Shown here piece after piece: positions 14,081 through 22,000 of a stretch of 24,691 nt of DNA. The first letter of the stretch is position 1, and each line of letters begins with the position of its first letter. The DNA is from a virus (taxonomy: Duplodnaviria; Caudoviricetes): the IMG/VR virus record IMGVR_UViG_3300025122_000146, positions 1 to 24,691 of that record; one strand, 5' to 3'. The notes beneath the pieces were generated by a model that was not told where the DNA came from, did no database searches, and saw only the letters and a list, made by a program, of their open reading frames with translations. A program made the position numbers and the translations under genes.

Positions 14081-14694
14081 TATTCTGTCAGATCTTTAAT
14101 GTCGGTAATGGAATCGATAGATTCCTGTCTCTCAGCCCACTTCTCATTGATTTTGTCGGGTTGCCCCACCTTGTGCCCTGGTGTCTTCGGGGTTCTCTGT
14201 CTCATTGCACGTTCAATGTGTAGGGGTACTTTGATTTTACCAAGGTAGACCAATCTATGTAGCCGATCAAGATCCTCTGAAGTCTTAAGAGGAAACAGGT
14301 GGTGGAAATATTCCCTAAGCATCCGAAGGTTCTTCCTTCCTGCCTGAGCATCTCTCTCCGCCTCACCACCCTTCTTTTTCCAAGACCGCACGGATTCCTC
14401 TACCGTTTCGCCTCCTACTGGACTGGATGCTACTTTCATATCCTTATCAATGTTGCGTTGCTCCACGGGACCATCAAGGTCTTCGATGTTACTTCCTCCC
14501 CGCACCGTTGCTTTTTCTATCCGCTCGATCACTTCAGGTTCCTGGCTCCGCTGCCACACGTCCTTAGCTACCTTCTCCCTGAGATGCCGTTGCTGCTCAG
14601 GAGTTAACGGAACAGGCGTCCTAAACCCGTGAGCTACTGCTGGCTCCGACTTAGACTCTTCTCGTAGCGTTGTTTCTGTTGCTGTTTTCGCCAT
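14080..14694 (-). CDS. Hydrophilic hypothetical late protein (204 aa)
   Basis: SD GGGAG; co-oriented and tightly packed. Confidence 0.75.
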   Translation of the reverse strand: MAKTATETTLREESKSEPAVAHGFRTPVPLTPEQQRHLREKVAKDVWQRSQEPEVIERIEKATVRGGSNIEDLDGPVEQRNIDKDMKVASSPVGGETVEESVRSWKKKGGEAERDAQAGRKNLRMLREYFHHLFPLKTSEDLDRLHRLVYLGKIKVPLHIERAMRQRTPKTPGHKVGQPDKINEKWAERQESIDSITDIKDLTE

Positions 14695-14703
14695 TACTTC
14701 TCC

Positions 14704-15105
14704 CTACTTCTTCTTGCGTCTGATCTTAGGTTTAGATTTAGACTTCTCCTCTGTGATTTCTTCTTGCCTAGCTTCTACCCGATCAGCCTTAGCTCGCTTA
14801 CGGGCAGCAGCTTTTAGCTTGCCGCGCTTCTCAGCCCTGTCAGCCCTAGCGCGGATCTTATCAGGGTCTTGGGTAAGTAAGGGGCGTAGAGCGAGTAGAA
14901 ACATCTTTATAGCCCTAGCATCGCCACGTTCTAGGCTTCTACCTAGTGGTCCTTTGATGAAAGTATCTAGGGGAAGCAGAGCATCGATAGTCTCAGCGAG
15001 AATATCAATAGCTTTATCTTCTGATATACCCTTGTCTTTCACCCAGCCGTTTACTGCCTTAACAGCAATCGCTTTTACTTCTTCTTCATTAGTAAGGTTA
15101 CTCAT
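14704..15105 (-). CDS. Hypothetical protein with Lys/Arg-rich C-terminus (133 aa)
   Basis: SD GAGGAG; basic C-terminal half. Confidence 0.78.
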   Translation of the reverse strand: MSNLTNEEEVKAIAVKAVNGWVKDKGISEDKAIDILAETIDALLPLDTFIKGPLGRSLERGDARAIKMFLLALRPLLTQDPDKIRARADRAEKRGKLKAAARKRAKADRVEARQEEITEEKSKSKPKIRRKKK

Positions 15106-15106
15106 C

Positions 15107-15652
15107 TTAATCTCTCCTCTTCGATTCCATATCTTGTTTAATAAGATTCCAGAGATCCCACTGGCTTAGGTTCTCAAAGTGCTCTGCCACCGCTTCTTCA
15201 AAGCCAAGTACGGGATACTTCCCCTCTGTATACGCCCCTGCGTCTAAAGTCCTGGTGGCTGTCCTTTTTGTCTGCGGTTGATAATCTACGCGAGTAGGTT
15301 CTCCCTCAAACAGCCCGGTGCGGGCGTCAACCGAGCCACCTTGCCAATCAGGTGACGTTAGCTCTCTCTGCTGCTGCTGTGCAGCAAACTCCTGGTCGGC
15401 TCGTTCGGCCGATTCTCGACGGTTGATGTCAGCATCCTGCTTCTTCATGTTACGACGGACTGCCGCGTCATCGTCAAGCTCTTCCTTGATAATCGTAGGC
15501 AGGCCTGTCTCTTTATCCATGGGGGGATTAGTGGACACAGACCAAGCAGCGTTTGGGTCTACCCCTTTGTTCAAATGGAATCCAAAAGGTGCCTCGCCTC
15601 CTGCATGCTTGCGGGCGACCTCTGCTGTCTTCTTTTTTAGATCATTCGCCAT
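15107..15652 (-). CDS. Hydrophilic hypothetical late protein (181 aa)
   Basis: SD GGAGG; operon packing. Confidence 0.75.
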   Translation of the reverse strand: MANDLKKKTAEVARKHAGGEAPFGFHLNKGVDPNAAWSVSTNPPMDKETGLPTIIKEELDDDAAVRRNMKKQDADINRRESAERADQEFAAQQQQRELTSPDWQGGSVDARTGLFEGEPTRVDYQPQTKRTATRTLDAGAYTEGKYPVLGFEEAVAEHFENLSQWDLWNLIKQDMESKRRD

Positions 15653-15857
15653 CGTCTACAGCCTCCGCTAGCGCAGTGCCAGCCTTCCATGCTTCACCGA
15701 AATCAACCAGACCTTGTGCTCCGACAAGACCTAAGACCATTGTGGTGATCGAGTTAAGTGCTGCCTCATCAAGAGGGGCACCAAGTAAGTTAACAGTTGC
15801 TACAAGCAGGATTGCTGCCGTAGTCAGTAACAACTTACGTGACAGAAACTTTTTCAT
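15642..15857 (-). CDS. Putative holin (two TM segments)
   Basis: MKKFLSRKL start, two hydrophobic helices, QGLVD; SD AAGGAG. Confidence 0.65.
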   Translation of the reverse strand: MKKFLSRKLLLTTAAILLVATVNLLGAPLDEAALNSITTMVLGLVGAQGLVDFGEAWKAGTALAEAVDDGE

Positions 15858-15868
15858 AGCTCTCTCCT

Positions 15869-16813
15869 TTAGGGGTAAGCCCCTCCAAACATATAAACTC
15901 TAGCTAGCCATTTGGCTGTGTCCACGCACATGACGGCAGTTCCCAGCGTTGGGAGCCCTAACTCGTTACCTATGAACAGCGCTGGTCTGAGGTCGGTCAC
16001 ATCCAGGTCTCCGTTTTGAAGTTCCCCCACGGAGTTGAATCTGTTTAAAACAGGCAATGGTCCTATCCAGTTTCCCCATGAGTTCTGCATGCTAGGGTAG
16101 GTATTGGGACCGCCCACTAGCTGGATCGTTATTCCGTCCACGTCTGCAATGTATAGTGTCGGGGCGGAGTAGTGGTAACTGGTAACAATAGACCCTGGCA
16201 TGGCTGTAGTATATGATCTCCAGTCAGTAACAGGAACCCCGGTCCCAAACTCAAGTCTCTGAGAGACATAGCGAGGTTGCGGTGCGGTAGTTAGGTCCGC
16301 CACCAGCATGCCTGGAGTGTTCCCCAGGGCAGCAGGGGTGAGGCGCACACCTTGATTGACGAAGACGGCATTGGTAATAATCCATCCACGCTGTGCTGCT
16401 TTAGGGATCGGCGTAGCTGTCCCCGGCACGGAGATAGGATAATGAAAAGGAGTTGCCTTACAAACGACGGCGAGACAATCGTGAGGTAGCAGGGTGGTGC
16501 CTGGTCCTGGCGTCAAGGTGACCACTCCCGACGCATCTTCAAGCTCAAGGATGCCGTCCGTAAAGAGGGTTGCCTTGCGGCTACCGAGAGCACCGGCACC
16601 TTGGACTTCCCAGAGAACACCACCCGCCACATTGTGGGTAACATCACCGGGCCCTGGAACATCCCCGGCGAACCCCATGTTCTGAAAAAAGAAGTCGTTC
16701 CAACTGTCTTGGGTGGGAGCCATGATGCGCTCGTATCCACTGGTTGGAGTACGCCGAGTCGTTGTAAGAAAGCCCCAAGGTCCTGCTGGTGGAGTGGTGC
16801 GGGTATTGCTCAT
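15869..16813 (-). CDS. Putative virion structural/tail accessory protein, paralog B (314 aa)
   Basis: Gly/Pro/Thr-rich, beta-type composition; shares an N-terminal motif with 16810..17868. Confidence 0.7.
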   Translation of the reverse strand: MSNTRTTPPAGPWGFLTTTRRTPTSGYERIMAPTQDSWNDFFFQNMGFAGDVPGPGDVTHNVAGGVLWEVQGAGALGSRKATLFTDGILELEDASGVVTLTPGPGTTLLPHDCLAVVCKATPFHYPISVPGTATPIPKAAQRGWIITNAVFVNQGVRLTPAALGNTPGMLVADLTTAPQPRYVSQRLEFGTGVPVTDWRSYTTAMPGSIVTSYHYSAPTLYIADVDGITIQLVGGPNTYPSMQNSWGNWIGPLPVLNRFNSVGELQNGDLDVTDLRPALFIGNELGLPTLGTAVMCVDTAKWLARVYMFGGAYP

Positions 16814-17868
16814 GGCGAGATACCCCTAGACTTAATCCATCTATATTGCCAGTTAGTGATGACGGCGCTAGTGCAGGTGGCCCCCACCGTCTGGTTGTTA
16901 TGGATCCCCGCGAACGGAGAAAACCCATCGGCCCCTGGAACCCAAGTGGGCGTCCAGATTCCTGGTCCCAGAATAAGCATAACCACATTGGGGGTTCCTA
17001 CGGGAAAGTATGCATTCTCTTGGGGGATCTCCAATGACCACTCGTTGGAGTAGTAGCTGGAGTTCTCTACAAAGGGCTGTAGACGCGGAGATGCGGGAAA
17101 GGTAAGAGGCTGTCCGCTAGGGGGAACCCAGGCATTCGGCCACTTGCCGATGTTGCAGCACCTCTCCCACGTAGCCCCTAAGTTTTTGGCGCCTAATCCT
17201 ATCCAGCACCTGTCCCTATAGGTTCCTCCGCCTGCATAGGGGAGCGCATCTTTATAGCCGTAGTGCCCTAAGATAATGGAGGTATCCTGGTCCGCAACAG
17301 GGACACCCCCTCCGGTTCCTTGAATCATCCCTGCCACCTCAGGCTGTCGCCATACTAGAGGATACAGGTTCGACGGTCCTATTTCTGGTGGGTAAACCAT
17401 ACGTGGGACGATGTCTACGCCCGCGCTGGACGTGGACTCCTTCGCAGCGAGCCGGAGACCTATACCACTAAAGATAGGGTCGTAGATACCTGGTACGGCA
17501 GAGACATCATACATCGCTGTGCTCGTGCCTGTCGTATCCACGAACTCAAGTTCGCCGCTCTTCCAAAGAGTGATATGCTTATTCACGCCCACCTGACCCA
17601 CTCTCCAGTGAGACCCCGCAGGCTGCGTAAGCTCTGGAGTGGCAGGGTCGGGCACACCGAAAGACTCTGTCCCCGGCGTGAAGGGAATGGTCAGGTTTAT
17701 CCCAGCAGGCTTATCATCAGCAAAGCCCATGCTAGTGAAGTAGAAGTCCTTCCAGCTATCGTCAGCCATCCTCACCACAGGAATCCAGGTGTCATCGCTA
17801 GGCGTAACTCTCGTTACACGCTGGTGCGGTGACGTTCGGTATGGCTGATTGGGAGGGGTAATAGGCAT
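16810..17868 (-). CDS. Putative virion structural/tail accessory protein, paralog A (352 aa)
   Basis: Gly/Pro/Trp-rich; DSWKDFYFTSMGFA motif shared with the downstream gene. Confidence 0.7.
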   Translation of the reverse strand: MPITPPNQPYRTSPHQRVTRVTPSDDTWIPVVRMADDSWKDFYFTSMGFADDKPAGINLTIPFTPGTESFGVPDPATPELTQPAGSHWRVGQVGVNKHITLWKSGELEFVDTTGTSTAMYDVSAVPGIYDPIFSGIGLRLAAKESTSSAGVDIVPRMVYPPEIGPSNLYPLVWRQPEVAGMIQGTGGGVPVADQDTSIILGHYGYKDALPYAGGGTYRDRCWIGLGAKNLGATWERCCNIGKWPNAWVPPSGQPLTFPASPRLQPFVENSSYYSNEWSLEIPQENAYFPVGTPNVVMLILGPGIWTPTWVPGADGFSPFAGIHNNQTVGATCTSAVITNWQYRWIKSRGISP

Positions 17869-18254
17869 TAAGCAGCACCTTCAATGTCTAAGCTAATATT
17901 GATAGTGTCTGCTGCGGGCGGCGCTCCGTTTGTAGTAACAGCCACAAACAAAGAGCCACTTGAAATTGATGGCAACGCTGCTTGAAAGTAAATATCCTCA
18001 AGACTATCGATATTAGTCGGGGTAAGAGCGTATGCTAAGACAACGGGTAAGCCTGTGCTTACACCTGTTTCCTCTCGTACCTGAAGCGCGATTTGCGTAC
18101 CAGTCGAACCAGCGGCAAACTCTGCACGAACCCTACGTAAGCGACCTTCAGTAGGTACAGTGACTGTAATTTCAGTGTAACCTGTGTTATCCACATTTTG
18201 TACCGCCCCGGTGGTCCGAGAGTATACAGCTTCAGTAGATGATGGGGCTCCCAT
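17868..18254 (-). CDS. Small beta-rich structural protein (128 aa)
   Basis: Thr/Val/Ala-rich beta-sandwich-like composition; SD AGGAG. Confidence 0.7.
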   Translation of the reverse strand: MGAPSSTEAVYSRTTGAVQNVDNTGYTEITVTVPTEGRLRRVRAEFAAGSTGTQIALQVREETGVSTGLPVVLAYALTPTNIDSLEDIYFQAALPSISSGSLFVAVTTNGAPPAADTINISLDIEGAA

Positions 18255-19022
18255 TTAAAGTCTCCTTGCTAAGATATGAACGGTACAGGCAGCTTGCCCA
18301 GAGCTTACCACATGAAGAGAAGCACCAGCTTTAATCTGGCGTGTGCTTTCTTTAACAAACTGACTGCGTACAATCTCGCCGGCCTCTACATTTTCAAGGG
18401 AGAGGACGCTAGAGATGGGACCAACGCAGTTCTCAAGACGTACGTTGTTACCTTTCTTTCCTTTCATTCCCTGCTTAACAGCCCAGACATCAATAACCTC
18501 AACAGGATAGCTAAGTGGATTCAGCTTTAGCTTTTTAGTCCTGCCGTCGATGTGTGCAGTGAAGAGAAGGGGCAACGATGCTTCCGCTGCGGGTGCTACG
18601 TGCTTTCCTGAGAGGGCATTTTCGTGGTCACTCTCGGCAGTTAAGTCAAATAAGATTGCGTTATCGCTTACGACTCTGCCTACCTGGCGGACAACAACCG
18701 CATCTTTAGGTGGGGAGAAGACGTAATCTCCTTTCGTACCTAAGTAAACAAGTGAGCCTACAGGGGCGTCTAAGGTCAAGTTACGTACCAGTTCCCAAGA
18801 GTGGACCCACAACACCTGCCCTTCGCTGCGTGTCAGTAGAAGCCGACCCTTACATTGATCTTCCTTAGTTGCGTCAGCCAAATCCACCTCTGTGATATTA
18901 GCCCGGTGACCTGTTACTAGAACAAGTTTACGTGCTGCGATATGCGAGTTTGCAACTGCCCTAATAGTCCCGTAAGGATTAGCATCTTTAATCGGAATGA
19001 CTCCCGGCGCGATTCTTGCCAT
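18255..19022 (-). CDS. Putative capsid decoration/cement-like protein (255 aa, two domains)
   Basis: RAVANSHIA...DLADA...GSLVYLG...G...PP...QVGRV pattern resembles DUF2190/capsid-fibre-base domains; SD AGGAGG. Confidence 0.55.
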   Translation of the reverse strand: MARIAPGVIPIKDANPYGTIRAVANSHIAARKLVLVTGHRANITEVDLADATKEDQCKGRLLLTRSEGQVLWVHSWELVRNLTLDAPVGSLVYLGTKGDYVFSPPKDAVVVRQVGRVVSDNAILFDLTAESDHENALSGKHVAPAAEASLPLLFTAHIDGRTKKLKLNPLSYPVEVIDVWAVKQGMKGKKGNNVRLENCVGPISSVLSLENVEAGEIVRSQFVKESTRQIKAGASLHVVSSGQAACTVHILARRL

Positions 19023-19023
19023 C

Positions 19024-22000
19024 TTATTCGTCCTCCTGCCTTTTAGTTTTTTGAATCAGTTCCCAAGCGGCTTGTCTTTCAGCGGCTGAGAGTTCTTTAG
19101 TTGTAGCACGTTTTCTCCTCTCGTAACCCCACTCCATCTCTTGAAGAGGGTTAATGGGGTATGGCTTAAAGCTAGTTAAGCCTCGCATGGCATACCATAT
19201 CCCTTCGGCATTACTTCTTGCCCAGGCTGGATTCTCTGCCGCTGCCCAGAAGGTAGGAAGCTGTGTCCCTATGAATGGGAGCATACGAAAGAGGTCAACC
19301 ACCATCGCTGGTGCTTTCACCTTACTGTGGGGAGTTTCTTGCTGGGGTGTCATCCAGTCGGGATTCCCTGAACTCACACCCGGTATTAAACCTTTAAGTG
19401 TACCGTACCCAGATAGAACCTCAGCTTCACCAGGACGTAATGTAGACAAGGCACCTGATCCCCAGAAGGAATCGCCAGTTAACGAATCCAGGTAACCACC
19501 AAATGTCTGGGAAACTGGTGGCAGAAGCATATTCATTAGTGGGTCATAAGACTGTTTCATCCAGTCATCAGTCATAGGAACACCCGCTAAGTGGGCGGAT
19601 ACCCCGACCAGACCAGCCATTGTAGTCATACCTAACTGTGCCCCATCGAAAGGCGTGAAGGCAGGCATCAATGTAGTCTCATGTGTGATCCCAGACTTGC
19701 CCTTTTTCGCCCAGTATTCTCGGTCCATTGGGTCCATTGGGTAACTGTTGAGGGGCGGACGTGTATGATTCCACCAAGGACCAATCTCACGCAGCCCCCG
19801 TGCTAGAGTGTCGCCCTCTAAGGTGTTGCGCTGTTGCTGCTCACTACCCCAGTAAGTTGCATCACTTACGACATTCGTACCCTGAACCATCTGTCGCAGC
19901 TTGCCTAGAGATGTGTTGCCTGCCACAATGCTTTTAGCTGAGACAGGTGCAGTGAAAGGCTCCAGCAGCATTGAAGCTGTCTGCTTCATCATCAAGCGGT
20001 AGAACCTATAGAAGGTCGAGACCTGAGCGAAGACCTTCATCTCAACAGCAGTGAGCGGATCCTTCCAGTCATACAGAGTTCTCCGCAGCGCCTCCGTTGC
20101 CTCTTTACGATTCATCCCCTTACGTCGCATTTCCAGGTAGAAAGCCGCTCTTTGCCGTTGCTGAACAAAGGTCGCATGGGAAGAGTACATTTCACCGTGG
20201 ACGTTTTCTTTCCAGAGCTTATTCTTAAGCTTAGTTGGAAAAGCTAGGAGGGATTCTTTGGAGGCTTTCTCCGCCGCTTCTCGCAGAGTTGCATGAACAA
20301 ATGTGTCCATGACACCGTCAGCATCCAGTTGCTTACGCAAGGTGCCAACGTCCATAAGCTGATTACCCAACTGGATAAGCTGGTCATCGGCTGCTCTCCA
20401 TACCTTGTCCAAGTCAGGGTTAAAGATTGCGTTTGTTATGGGAGCTAAGACATGATCAGACCCAAGCTTGGCTTGCATCTGTAGCTGTTTGTTATGTAGC
20501 TGCCTACCCCAAGGCATGTTCATAGCGAAGTTCTGAAACGAGAGCGTAGTCGCTGTGCCCAGCCCATGCCCCCACCACATCTGAGCAAAGTCACCAAAGA
20601 TGTTGTTCACCCAGTAACGAGGGTTAGGGACGAGCAGCCCAGAAACTAGCGACGTGCGGTACAAACGCCAGAAGCCATTCATGGCACTACCTAGTCCCAG
20701 ATCATCACGCCCACGAGCATTGTATTTCCATGTCTCTTTAACAATCTTACCTGCGGCTTTGTCAATCTCACTAATCAAAGTCGTAGGTAGAAAGGAGTTA
20801 ATCCCGTCAGGGTTCTTAGAGATCCTTACGAGATCGATCACCTTTCGTTTTTGCTGCGTAACCAAAGTAGGATCAATGACAGAGATGCCGTAACGTGCCA
20901 TGGCATCAAACCCAGCGGCAATACGAGCATCCGTGACATCTCCCACTACCCCTGCACCACCTGGCGTAGCCAATAGCTCCTCAGGGTGCCACTGTAGCTT
21001 CTTGCCCTCTGCTCTGGCGCTCTTTGCGATTGCGGCACCACCACCTGTGAGGATGTCGCTAGCATCAGCAGCAGCTTGCGTCGTAATCCCCCCGACCATC
21101 TTAGTTGCTGTGCGTGCGGCGTCATTAAGCACCATTGCATGCCCGATCCCTAAAGCCCCGAAGGAGTAGGCTTTGGTAGCATCATCAACGCTACCTGCTC
21201 CGCCCCAGTTAAGATTAAAGGTGTAGCCATCCTTTTTGCTATGAGCCCCTGCGTTCTTCGTGGCTTTCTTCATCTCTAGCATTAAAGCATTGAAGTCCAG
21301 AGCATCGTCATCATACTGTTTCTTAATGATGTTGTAGGCAATCTTCCGTAGCTCAATCATACGTCCTGGTGGAAACGTCTCTTGCGGGAGCCATGCCCGT
21401 GCGATGGCATCCAAAGCTTTGGTGTCCCCTACGTCTTCGGCTAACTTGTCTGCCTTAAGGATAACCTTGCCACCTTTCTCTTCGATTATCCGTGAGTCTT
21501 CCACGATCTGCTCAACACCTTTCCGGTAGATAGATGCGGAACCGGTGTTGACTGAGGTCCATCCGTTACGTAGCTTCATGGGGTTCGTGGACATTAGGTA
21601 CGTTGCAAGTACCCGAATAGGGCTATCATTAGGATTCAAGCGAATCAAATCATGGATCTCATCTTCAAACTTAGCTCTTACCTGAATGGACCGCTTTAGG
21701 ATCTCAGTCATGTCTTGGCCCAGATCACCAAGTCTTTGAGAGGCAGGGGAGATCTTCGCGAATATCTTGCGAGGGACACGACTTAGATCAGCCGCATACT
21801 GCCATTTACCTAGCTCTGTGAGCTTAAAGCGTACAGGTAAATAAGGCGAGTGCATAGCATTCAGCAGTACCTCTGCCTGCCGATGGCTGGCAAACTTACC
21901 CCCAATCATAGGGGCTAGCCTCTCCAGAGCTTCGACACCTGCCTGGAAATCGGCAACTTCCTTCCCAGTCAAGACAACCCTATCTGACGTAGCCTTTTCA

